Source: Patescibacteria group bacterium UBA1406 (lineage in GTDB: Bacteria > Patescibacteriota > Microgenomatia > UBA1406). Taken from it: a stretch of 64,000 nt of DNA. How positions within the stretch are numbered: the stretch's first letter is position 1; the number at the start of each line of letters is the position of its first letter. Position numbers and translations under genes: made by a program. Of this stretch, positions 26,802 to 34,868 are shown in pieces. The DNA is taken from assembly GCA_002305675.1 (NCBI GenBank), contig DBQA01000007.1, positions 302,653 through 366,652 of the forward strand, read 5' to 3'. The notes under the pieces are model-generated. The model was not told the DNA's origin and did not search any database. It saw only the letters and a list, made by a program, of their open reading frames with translations.

Positions 26802-27035
26802 CTAGCCAAGGTCCTTCTTTTTCTCCTCGAATTCTTTTCTGTTTATCTCTCCCTTGGCATAGCGTTCTTTAAGAATCTCAAGCGGTGTTTTGCCGTTTTG
26901 GTTTTGTGACTGTGTAGTAAGATAGCGGATTAAGGCCGCTATACCCAGAATAACCAACGCCCAGAAAGCCAACATGAAAAGCCAGCCAAAAATACCAAAA
27001 CCCCACCCCATCATATTTCCCCATCCGCCCATCAT
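26802..27035 (-). CDS. SHOCT-domain small membrane protein
   Basis: Gly/Trp-rich TM segment plus C-terminal LEILKERYAKGEINRKEFEEKKKDL (SHOCT motif). Confidence 0.6.
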   Translation of the reverse strand: MMGGWGNMMGWGFGIFGWLFMLAFWALVILGIAALIRYLTTQSQNQNGKTPLEILKERYAKGEINRKEFEEKKKDLG

Positions 27036-27431
27036 AGCTGGTAATCTCCTTTTGTGACTATATGAGTCATATTAAATTATTTCGTAAATAATAAGGGATA
27101 CGGCAAAGAAATGGTAAGAAAAGGGTAAAATATATTAAACACCGCATGGTTCGCCGGCATACCCGGCCTTGTTTGAGTCCAGCAGAAATTGTCTTAGTCC
27201 ATTTGTGTCCATAAAGTTAATTAACTGTCGTCTTGAAAAATCAAATCAAGGCAGGTGAGAAAGTGGTAGAATACAGCTCTAATCCCAAGAATATCGTATT
27301 ACTGGCAGTTCTTTAACAAAAAGGCCTGAAAGAAAGGAGTGAGTTGGGAAGTATTCCCGCCAAAAGCCGGCGGGAACTAGTTCGCGGCTCTGACTTTCTT
27401 TCAGGAGAGTCAGACCGTGAGGAGGTGTGTC

Positions 27432-27992
27432 ATGAGCACAACTGCTGTACGTCGTTCTCTGCCGAGAGGCAGACTGTTCGCGGCCCTGCTGGTCCTGGGT
27501 TCAGTGGCATGGTTTGTGATAGCGGTGCCGTGGACAACTTTCCGGGCCAGCGCGATCGCGGCCGGCCTGTTGTTCGGACTGATAGGGACCCTGTTGATAA
27601 GGGCCCAAAAAGCCGGACCGGGTCTGGTATTCGTGGTCTTGGCCCTTTTGTCCTTTCTGGGATTCGCGCTGTCGTTCCAGCGTCCCCAGAGAGTGGAGTC
27701 GCCGCCGGCAAGGAACGAATTGCCGGCTGTGGAGCAGGGGCAGCCTAGTTTGCTGCCTGCGCCTTCACCGACGCCGTTGTTGCCAACCCAAACCTTGCCC
27801 GCTACCTGCACTTATACGGTACGGCAGGGGCAAACCCTCTTTCGGATCGGAAGAGAGGTCGGTGTGGATTGGCGAGCGCTGGCAGATTGGAATGATCTTC
27901 CGATCCTGCCGGGAGACCGGGTAATAATCTACCCGGGACAGTCGCTCACCACCTGTCCACCGTCGGGCAGTGTGCCGGCGGGGCGCGGTTAA
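27432..27992 (+). CDS. Membrane protein with C-terminal LysM domain
   Basis: GAGGAGG RBS before ATG 27432. Two TM helices, a Pro-rich linker, and LysM YTVRQGQTLFRIGREVGVDWRALADWN. Confidence 0.7.
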   Translation: MSTTAVRRSLPRGRLFAALLVLGSVAWFVIAVPWTTFRASAIAAGLLFGLIGTLLIRAQKAGPGLVFVVLALLSFLGFALSFQRPQRVESPPARNELPAVEQGQPSLLPAPSPTPLLPTQTLPATCTYTVRQGQTLFRIGREVGVDWRALADWNDLPILPGDRVIIYPGQSLTTCPPSGSVPAGRG

Positions 27993-28005
27993 TGGCTCTC
28001 CTTAT

Positions 28006-28036
28006 GGCCGCCGTGTGTCAACAAACACCGGCGGCC
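28006..28036. terminator. GC-rich hairpin between convergent genes
   Basis: GGCCGCCG-N15-CGGCGGCC, with inner GTGT/ACAC pairs extending the stem. There is no clear U-run on either strand. Confidence 0.35.
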
Positions 28037-28056
28037 AAATTCTATGACCGCTGATC

Positions 28057-28494
28057 TTAAGTTCCCTTACCGAAAATGTTCGGGTAGGCAGAGGTGAATA
28101 ACTGGTGATCATCCAGTCTCCCCTCCATCAGGAGAATCTCGGCCAGCAATCTTTGATCGGACAAGCTGTAGACGTCCGTTTGGGGATCATTTGACTCCTC
28201 CTGTTCAGGGTCCTTCATTATCTGGCGGAGATGCCCATAGATCAAAACCTCTTGCCGGGATAATCCCAGGCCGGTGAACCGGGCCATGCCCAAAGCTTGT
28301 TGTATCGATGGAGGCCTTATCCCTTTTGTCTGAACACCACTCATCTGCATGTTCAGGAATTCCTGATAGCGCTCCTTTGGTAAGATACCTCCGTTCTCTC
28401 GGTATAGAAAGTAGCATTCCTCGAGGTCAAAGACGGGAACATCTACCACAAAGCCAAAATCAGGTGCTGCCAGTGTCTCTACGGGAACGCCCAT
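28057..28494 (-). CDS. Hypothetical protein (start uncertain)
   Basis: The track ORF extends to 28749 but overlaps the 28560..28886 gene. The first ATG after that gene's stop is 28494 (MGVPVETL...). No motif recognised. Confidence 0.35.
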   Translation of the reverse strand: MGVPVETLAAPDFGFVVDVPVFDLEECYFLYRENGGILPKERYQEFLNMQMSGVQTKGIRPPSIQQALGMARFTGLGLSRQEVLIYGHLRQIMKDPEQEESNDPQTDVYSLSDQRLLAEILLMEGRLDDHQLFTSAYPNIFGKGT

Positions 28495-28559
28495 CTCTGA
28501 CAAAAGATACAATATTTTTGTGAGCAATGTCAATAGATTTGACCGCAGAATTTGTCGTA

Positions 28560-28886
28560 TTAACTGCCCCAGTTGGTGAAAAGGCCGACGGCCAGCTCCA
28601 CCCAGAGCCAGAGGAACGCTACTGCGAACGCAATGCCGATAGCCACCCGGTATTTCTTGCTTGTTCTTCTGGCTGTCAACACAAACATGCTGCCAGTGCC
28701 AAACAGGAGAGTTCCCATGACAATGAAGTCGCCTGGTCTCCAATACCACCCCCGTCCTTCAACGCCCCCGTTCAATATATTCAGCAGTGTCAACACTAAA
28801 GGTATTAACAATACGACACAGGTCGCCAGCGCTAGCCAGAGAAAAATACTGTTATCTCTGATAATGTCGGTTTTATTGTTTTTCAC
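28560..28886 (-). CDS. Small integral membrane protein
   Basis: 108 aa with three hydrophobic helices. Its start overlaps the stop of the upstream wHTH gene by 4 nt (ATGA). Confidence 0.45.
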   Translation of the reverse strand: MKNNKTDIIRDNSIFLWLALATCVVLLIPLVLTLLNILNGGVEGRGWYWRPGDFIVMGTLLFGTGSMFVLTARRTSKKYRVAIGIAFAVAFLWLWVELAVGLFTNWGS

Positions 28887-29116
28887 CCTGATCTATATTT
28901 TAACAAACGGAATAAGCCCTTAGACGGTTTGTAAACTTTGTCGGGATATTTTTCGACCAGTTTCCAGACGCACCCGTTGACCGTCTTTGGATGAAGGCTT
29001 GGGTCTGATGCTTTAATTTTCGTGAGTAGTTCCGACCAGCGCAGACCTTCGGGATTCTGTTCCAGCAACTCAAATATTCTGGCATAAATATGTCCGGTGA
29101 CGGTAGACTGGTTCAT
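28883..29116 (-). CDS. Winged-helix DNA-binding protein (Mrr-N / HTH-like)
   Basis: 77 aa. IYARIFELLEQNPEGLRWSELLTKI...TVNGCVWKLVEK follows a wHTH pattern. Confidence 0.4.
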   Translation of the reverse strand: MNQSTVTGHIYARIFELLEQNPEGLRWSELLTKIKASDPSLHPKTVNGCVWKLVEKYPDKVYKPSKGLFRLLKYRSG

Positions 29117-29231
29117 GGAACAATTATAGCAAGGTCTATTTTTTCTCTAATATTGCGCCCGCTGCCCTATGCCAAAAGACCCTTTCTCCTTTATAAAAAA
29201 TTGCTTTGTATCCGTGTCAAAGAGTGCTTTT

Positions 29232-30158
29232 TTATTGAGCATATTCGCTAATCACAATCTTCTTCTGCTTCATCAGGATCTTAAAAGCATTGGGTTTTTC
29301 CATGAGATCCTCCATGTTTTGAGGGGCAATTTGCCAGCTCAGGCCGTATTTATCCTTAAGCCATCCGCACACACTTTCCTCTCCGCCGTCCGCGGTCAGT
29401 TTTTCCCAGTAGTAGTCAATCTCCTCTTGATCTTTACAGCTCACCAAAAGCGACACCCCTTCATTGAATTTAAATTCGTGGCCTTGCCCGCCGTCCATTG
29501 CGGCAATCCATACGTTTTCAATCATGAAATCACCAAAAGCAAGTGTGCCCGCTTTTGCCGCTGAGTCATCTTCGGTACGTCGCACCAACTGTCCTGGTTT
29601 TACTTGTCCTGAGCTTGTCGAAGGCGCCTTCTTGAAAACTGATGTATAAAATGTTATCGCTTCTTCTGCCTTGCCATTTTTGTCTTGCGTGAAGAGAAGT
29701 GATGGCATCACTTTCGGTCGCTGGTCGCCCTCGGGATTGTTCAAAATCAACTGCCAGCTTACGTTGTACTTATCCTGAACCCAGCCGTAGTAATCGCTAA
29801 ATGGATATTTTCCGAGCGCCATCAATTCTTTGCCACCATCTACAAGTTTCCCCCACAGCGCATCGATTTCTTCTTCTGAATCTAGTGTGATGAAAAACGA
29901 TATTGATGGGTTAGGGGTAAACTCAGGTCCTGCGTTTATGGCCACAAAACGAAAGCCCATAATTTCAAAGTCAACCGTCAGTACTTTGCCCGCCATATTT
30001 ATCTGGAAATCAGCCAACCCTTCTTCTTCTGACTTTGGATAATAAGAAGTGTTAAGGACTTTTGCGTCTCCACCTTCGATGGAAAAAACAGAGCTATAAA
30101 ATTTCACTGCCTTTTCGGCATTGCCGTCAAACCATAAATTCGGTGTAATTTTTTGCAT
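29232..30158 (-). CDS. Tandem VOC / PhnB-like (3-demethylubiquinone methyltransferase-domain) protein
   Basis: Two copies of the ITPxLWF...AxxFYxxVF...DKYGxSWQ pattern. Start set at MQKITPNLWF (ATG 30158). Confidence 0.6.
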   Translation of the reverse strand: MQKITPNLWFDGNAEKAVKFYSSVFSIEGGDAKVLNTSYYPKSEEEGLADFQINMAGKVLTVDFEIMGFRFVAINAGPEFTPNPSISFFITLDSEEEIDALWGKLVDGGKELMALGKYPFSDYYGWVQDKYNVSWQLILNNPEGDQRPKVMPSLLFTQDKNGKAEEAITFYTSVFKKAPSTSSGQVKPGQLVRRTEDDSAAKAGTLAFGDFMIENVWIAAMDGGQGHEFKFNEGVSLLVSCKDQEEIDYYWEKLTADGGEESVCGWLKDKYGLSWQIAPQNMEDLMEKPNAFKILMKQKKIVISEYAQ

Positions 30159-30305
30159 GTGTTTATGATCTAATATTCTTTCTATGAAATCAGTATGAAA
30201 TGTTTTAGATTTCAGTAAGAAGGGATCTTTCCGAAGAGTTAAGCAAACAAGCAAATGCTTATAGATGACAAATTAGGTTATAGCAAATTCACTGAGCTTG
30301 CCGAA

Positions 30306-30420
30306 GTGCTCGAGGATCGTAACCTTAATATAACCAGCCGATTTGCGCGTATATTCAAAGTACTTGAGGATTTCAGGTTTATTGGTCAACTACGAGAGAA
30401 GATAAACAAAGTACGGTCAG
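30306..30420 (+). repeat. Gene-remnant repeat A (homolog of 32079..32186)
   Basis: gtgctcgaggatcgtaaccttaatataacc matches atgctcgaggatcgtaatgttaatataacc at 27/30 nt. The translations ...VLEDRNLNIT..IFKVLEDFRFIGQLRE and MLEDRNVNIT..IFEDFVFIEKLRKE are homologous. Confidence 0.6.
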
Positions 30421-30426
30421 TCGTGG

Positions 30427-31407
30427 CTACAATACCTGGTTAAATATATAGCCCATTATCATTACTCCAACAATAGTAATCCCAAAAAACAACCCCAATA
30501 GCTGCCATTTCATCACCTTTTTCAATATCATCCCCTCTGGAATAGATACAGTGACAATTGCCGTCATGAACGCTAATACCGTGCCAAGTGGTACACCCTT
30601 ACCAACTAACGCCTCCATGACTGGGATAACACTAACAGAATTGGCATAGAGCGGAGATCCAAGAAGAGTAGCGAGTGGAATTGAATACCAAGATCGGTTA
30701 GAAAGATATTTTTCTACCAAATCGAATGGCACAAAACCATGAATTAAAGCACCGATACTAACACCAAGCAAAACATAAGGAAAGATTGTTCTTGTAATCT
30801 GCAAGCCATCCTGCCACCAATACCTCAATAGTTTAGAAAGTCTTAGTTTATTACCCTCATTCTCTGCTTCCACATCCTTGCGAGACTTAAAACGTAACAA
30901 TTCTGGCTTGACATATTTTTCGATGTGGAGTCGTGATATGAGCAGTCCACCTAGAACAGCAACCGCAATACCCACAACGTTATATAAAACAGCTACCTTC
31001 ATCCCAAACATAGCAGGAAGCAGATACAAAGAAGATTCGTTTACGAGAGGAGAACTAATCAGAAATGTAAAAGTAACCCCGAGTGGTATACCAGCCCCCA
31101 AAAAACCAATAAATAGCGGTATTGATGAACAAGAGCAAAATGGAGTGACAACTCCCAAACCAGCAGCGAGCAAATAATCCAACCCGTACCATCTGCGCTT
31201 GGTTAAAATATCCCGCGCCTTTTCCATCGGAAAATAATAGCGGGTAATAGCCATCACATAGTTAATGACAACCAATAACAAGCCAATTTTGATGACATCG
31301 TAGATGAAAAAGTTAACCGCACTACCAAGATAGGTTTCCTTTCCAATTCCAAGCCATCCGTATGTAGCCAGATCAGCAATCAGTTGTATCGGCCTGAAAA
31401 TATCCAT
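30427..31407 (-). CDS. Permease (ArsP / DUF318-type two-repeat membrane protein)
   Basis: TPFCSCSSIPLFIGFL and SSPLVNE motifs. Polytopic, in an operon with a thioredoxin-like protein and ArsR. Confidence 0.65.
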   Translation of the reverse strand: MDIFRPIQLIADLATYGWLGIGKETYLGSAVNFFIYDVIKIGLLLVVINYVMAITRYYFPMEKARDILTKRRWYGLDYLLAAGLGVVTPFCSCSSIPLFIGFLGAGIPLGVTFTFLISSPLVNESSLYLLPAMFGMKVAVLYNVVGIAVAVLGGLLISRLHIEKYVKPELLRFKSRKDVEAENEGNKLRLSKLLRYWWQDGLQITRTIFPYVLLGVSIGALIHGFVPFDLVEKYLSNRSWYSIPLATLLGSPLYANSVSVIPVMEALVGKGVPLGTVLAFMTAIVTVSIPEGMILKKVMKWQLLGLFFGITIVGVMIMGYIFNQVL

Positions 31408-31410
31408 ATA

Positions 31411-31656
31411 TTACTTCTTAACTAACAAACCTTTGATTTTCTCTATATCTGGACTAAATCCAACCATTGCGGGTTTACCATCTACCACCAATACAGGACT
31501 GCTCATTACCCCAAGTTCAATAATCTTCTGCATCCCGTCACCACCCGTGATATATTCCACCGCGTCTTTTATTCCCAATTCACCAGCAGCTTTAACTGTT
31601 ATTTCATGTAATTTTTTGCATGTCGGACAACCTGAACCTAATACTTGAATTTGCAT
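31411..31656 (-). CDS. Thioredoxin-fold redox-active disulfide protein
   Basis: 81 aa. GSGCPTCKKL CxxC motif and SPVLVVDGK. Confidence 0.7.
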   Translation of the reverse strand: MQIQVLGSGCPTCKKLHEITVKAAGELGIKDAVEYITGGDGMQKIIELGVMSSPVLVVDGKPAMVGFSPDIEKIKGLLVKK

Positions 31657-31659
31657 AAT

Positions 31660-31983
31660 CTACATCTCCTTTAATAAAGCTAATATTTTCTTGCCACCCT
31701 CGGTTAATTGGTAATAAACTCTCAAACCCCTTTTCTCATCTATTACCAAACCAGCCGATTTAAGATCAGCCAAATGATGAGAGATGAGGCTTTGGGACAT
31801 ATCAACATGTTCCATGATCTCGCATACACAATGCTCACCCTCGCTCAAAATACACAATAGCTTTAATCGGTTTTCTTCTGCCACCAGCTTAAGTAGAGAG
31901 GACAACGAAACAATACTCCTAAACTCTTTTGTATCTGGTGTACAACATTTGTATGAACCCATATTCATATAGTTTATACACAA
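31660..31983 (-). CDS. ArsR/SmtB-family metalloregulator
   Basis: RLKLLCIL...EHCVCEI...SQSLISHHLADLKSAGLV helix-turn-helix with a CVC metal/arsenite site. Confidence 0.8.
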   Translation of the reverse strand: MCINYMNMGSYKCCTPDTKEFRSIVSLSSLLKLVAEENRLKLLCILSEGEHCVCEIMEHVDMSQSLISHHLADLKSAGLVIDEKRGLRVYYQLTEGGKKILALLKEM

Positions 31984-32078
31984 GATGTTAGACAGTCAAT
32001 AGAAAGGGTGGGAAAAATAGACTATCGAGGTTATATTTAGAACTGTTGGGGTTACGCCGTTTTCAGGATAATTTTATT

Positions 32079-32186
32079 ATGCTCGAGGATCGTAATGTTA
32101 ATATAACCAAATTATTCAAGATTTTCGAAGATTTTGTGTTTATTGAAAAATTAAGAAAGGAATTAACTTTAATTCAACTACGTTAG
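32079..32186 (+). repeat. Gene-remnant repeat B (homolog of 30306..30420)
   Basis: 35-codon ORF MLEDRNVNITKLFKIFEDFVFIEKLRKELTLIQLR. See repeat A. Confidence 0.6.
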
Positions 32187-32959
32187 CTTGCTATCTTTTC
32201 TAGATAGATATTTTTAATAAAAGCACTTTCTGATGGATAATTTCTAACTCCTATTGCACCAAAATCAAAATCAATTATTTGTCGATATTTCTCTTCAATA
32301 ATATTGCTGTCTTCGTCAACCCTCTTTCGAACAACTTCGACAATATCTGGAATGACGAAATAGCAATCAATAAATTCTTTATTCTTATCTTTAATAATAA
32401 TCCTAACTTTTCTCTTATCACAAATTGTAATTAGCCTATACCAGACATTATGATTTAGATTTTCTATTGGAATATTCTCAATTACTATCCACTCACCGTT
32501 TATTCTCAGATGAACCTTAATTCTTTTATCTTGGCGCAATTGGAACATCACATAATTTGACAAATTTGTGGCCCTGACGATGCAGCCAAAATATTTTTTG
32601 ACTATCTTAAAGTTACATTCATACCTGTAGTCATCCCAGCTTGATGTTTTTGGGAATATATAACCCGCATCTGAATCTGTTATTTCATAACAATTTTCAG
32701 TTCTTACAAATGACAGTTTGCCCCTTCCTACCCAATCTTGCTCATCTCCAGGTTTATCCATCCATAAATAGAAAAACTTTTTGTCTTTCGTCTTGAAGTA
32801 AATTACGACAAATACAGAAACTGTAAATACTCCAATAGTTACCACAAGTGAAGTAGTCGGCGGTGTGAGTAAGGTGGAAAATGCTGCAGAAGATATGTTT
32901 ACGGTGAAAGCAAAAAATTCAAGTTTGTACTGTCTAGTAAAGGCAACGAGCTTTTTCAT
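32183..32959 (-). CDS. Membrane-anchored hypothetical protein (possible jelly-roll/LamG-like domain)
   Basis: Two N-terminal TM helices. WDDYRYECNFKI...GCIVRATNLSNYVMFQL...WYRLITI resembles DUF1080/concanavalin-like folds (weak). Confidence 0.35.
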   Translation of the reverse strand: MKKLVAFTRQYKLEFFAFTVNISSAAFSTLLTPPTTSLVVTIGVFTVSVFVVIYFKTKDKKFFYLWMDKPGDEQDWVGRGKLSFVRTENCYEITDSDAGYIFPKTSSWDDYRYECNFKIVKKYFGCIVRATNLSNYVMFQLRQDKRIKVHLRINGEWIVIENIPIENLNHNVWYRLITICDKRKVRIIIKDKNKEFIDCYFVIPDIVEVVRKRVDEDSNIIEEKYRQIIDFDFGAIGVRNYPSESAFIKNIYLEKIAS

Positions 32960-32997
32960 TTATTAGCTAGGCACATTTTGGTTATAGTAACTATACT

Positions 32998-33129
32998 ATG
33001 CTCGAACGATGGTATGTTTTCCGAAGGACAGACTGGATAAATTACCTCGAATACCCAGAGTGGACAAACAACGAGGTAAACAGATTTTTATGTTTTGATA
33101 CACAAAAAAACCTCTTGACAAGAAATTAG
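32998..33129 (+). repeat. Gene-remnant repeat C (homolog of 39211..39363)
   Basis: 43-codon ORF ...ERWYVFRRTDWINYLEYPEWTNNEVNRFL. The core 33027-33061 matches 39291-39325 at 34/35 nt. Confidence 0.65.
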
Positions 33130-33152
33130 CACTTATGGTATAAGAGTGCTAA
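33115..33152 (+). promoter_or_regulatory. Sigma70-type promoter overlapped by a CIRCE (HrcA) operator
   Basis: TTGACA (33115-33120), 18-nt spacer, TATAAG (33139-33144). TTAGCACTT-N9-GAGTGCTAA at 33126-33152 matches the CIRCE consensus TTAGCACTC-N9-GAGTGCTAA at 17/18 positions. Confidence 0.75.
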
Positions 33153-33314
33153 GGTGGTTAGGAAAACCAGTGACGCATTAGCCTGCGATAGTGGCTTTAA
33201 CAATCACCTTTGCAGTCTTTTAGTAAGACTTCTTACAGTGTGAATCTGGTTGTTTCCCAGCACCTTGCATTAAAAGTTTTTGTATATAATAAAAATGAAA
33301 GGAGGTGAGAAAAG

Positions 33315-33743
33315 ATGGCATTAGATCTCATTCCAAGAAGGCTCTTGTCGTTTCCCAGCCTTTCCCTTCCAGACTTTTGGGATGAAGACGAGCAGTGGTT
33401 AACTTCTCCTTCTACCCAAAGTGGTCTTTCCGTATACGAAGACGATAACAAAGTCTATGTCGAAGCAGCCGTTCCTGGCATTGATCCTAAAAATGTGGAT
33501 GTAACTTTCCAAGACGGCTATGTCTGGATTAGAGGAGAGACGAAAGAAGAGGAAGAGGACAAGAAAAAGAAATACTATCGAAGGGCAAGTCGATCATTTT
33601 CCTATAGAGTAGCTGTTCCTGGAGATGTGGATACTACCAAAGATCCAGAGGCTACTTATAAACATGGAGTGATGACTATCGCCTTTACGAAGTCACCGAA
33701 AGCGCAACCGAAAAAAATTCAGGTTAAAACAATTGGCGAATAA
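33315..33743 (+). CDS. Small heat-shock protein (Hsp20/alpha-crystallin)
   Basis: Alpha-crystallin core YVEAAVPGIDPKNVDVTFQDGYVWIRGE...FSYRVAVPGDVD...ATYKHGVMTIAF. GGAGG RBS. Confidence 0.85.
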   Translation: MALDLIPRRLLSFPSLSLPDFWDEDEQWLTSPSTQSGLSVYEDDNKVYVEAAVPGIDPKNVDVTFQDGYVWIRGETKEEEEDKKKKYYRRASRSFSYRVAVPGDVDTTKDPEATYKHGVMTIAFTKSPKAQPKKIQVKTIGE

Positions 33744-33765
33744 ATTAGTAAATTAAAGCGCTTTA

Positions 33766-33800
33766 CAAAACTCTACCGCTTAAATGGTAGAGTTTTGTTT
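33766..33800 (+). terminator. Intrinsic terminator after hsp20
   Basis: Perfect 12-bp stem CAAAACTCTACC-gcttaaat-GGTAGAGTTTTG followed by TTT. Confidence 0.75.
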
Positions 33801-33953
33801 ATAAGAATTTTATAGAATAAATCTAATCAATAGGAATAATATAAGTTGGGGTTTCTAAGGCAGTAAAGAGACACAAAAAATTATTGAAAATTAAAAAAAT
33901 ATTTTTTATATTATTTATGCTTTTTTCTAAATTGTCTCAGAAGCCAATTGATT

Positions 33954-34868
33954 ATGATTACTCTTACTCATATATCAAAAAGATACAATCAGCAATTTGT
34001 AGTCAATGATTTAAATATAAAAATTAAAAAAGGAGAGATTGTAGGACTCCTTGGTCCTAATGGAGCAGGAAAAACAACTACTCTTCGCATAATTGCTGGT
34101 GTATTACCCCCAACAAGGGGTAGCGTCAAGATTGACGAGTATGATTTAGAATCAAATTCCAGTTTAAAAAGCCGAATTGGTTTCTTACCCGAAAATAATC
34201 CCCTTTACGATGAGATGACGGTTGAGGAATATTTGTCTTTTTGGGCAGATATGAAACAGATACCCAGGAATGAAAAGTCAGATGCAATTGATTTTGTAAT
34301 CGATCACTGTGGCATATCTGAAGTGTATTACAGGCCGATAAGCGAACTTTCCAAAGGATACCGTCAGCGGGTAGGTTTTTCTCAAGCAATCTTAACCAAG
34401 CCAGACATTTTAATCTTTGACGAGCCGACTGAGGGCTTAGATCCTAACCAGAGACAAGATATAGCCAGTTTGATTAGGCAGTTAGGCAAAGAGCGAACAG
34501 TAATTATTTCTTCCCATGTTCTTGGTGAACTTTCAAAAATTGCTAGCCGCATGATTATTATCCATAAAGGAGCAATCGTAGCTGACGATACCCCAAATAA
34601 CCTTAAAAAGATTGGCTCTTCTTCCCAAGTGATTGAGATGGAGGTTAAAGGAAATGGTGTATTATCTGGGCTTAAAAAGGTTTCTGGCGTGGCAAAGGTA
34701 AGTGAACAAAGAAAAAATTATTTTGTCATTGAACTTGATAAAGATAAAAAAAGGGACATTCGGGAAGAGCTATATAATCTCTCGGTTAAAAATAAATGGA
34801 TTTTGCTGACATTACTAGCAAAAGAACGAGCAATTGAGGATGTTTTTAGTGAATTAACAAGCGACTAA
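33954..34868 (+). CDS. ABC transporter ATP-binding protein (GldA-like)
   Basis: Walker A GPNGAGKTT, signature LSKGYRQR, Walker B ILIFDEPTEGLD. Confidence 0.85.
   Translation: MITLTHISKRYNQQFVVNDLNIKIKKGEIVGLLGPNGAGKTTTLRIIAGVLPPTRGSVKIDEYDLESNSSLKSRIGFLPENNPLYDEMTVEEYLSFWADMKQIPRNEKSDAIDFVIDHCGISEVYYRPISELSKGYRQRVGFSQAILTKPDILIFDEPTEGLDPNQRQDIASLIRQLGKERTVIISSHVLGELSKIASRMIIIHKGAIVADDTPNNLKKIGSSSQVIEMEVKGNGVLSGLKKVSGVAKVSEQRKNYFVIELDKDKKRDIREELYNLSVKNKWILLTLLAKERAIEDVFSELTSD

Noticed and set aside
27300-27431. Hairpins upstream of the LysM gene (CCCGCC-aaaagc-CGGCGGG; CTGAC...GTCAG), considered as a c-di-AMP (ydaO) riboswitch because of the cell-wall gene context.
   Set aside because: None of the conserved ydaO segments, nor its pseudo-two-fold architecture, could be recognised. 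It may be just leader structure.
28495-28749. N-terminal 85 codons of track ORF 28057-28749.
   Set aside because: This segment overlaps the well-supported membrane-protein gene 28560-28886 in another frame. Its translation (HCHGNSPVWHWQH...) looks non-protein-like. The gene was trimmed to ATG 28494, with alternative TTG starts near 28530 possible.
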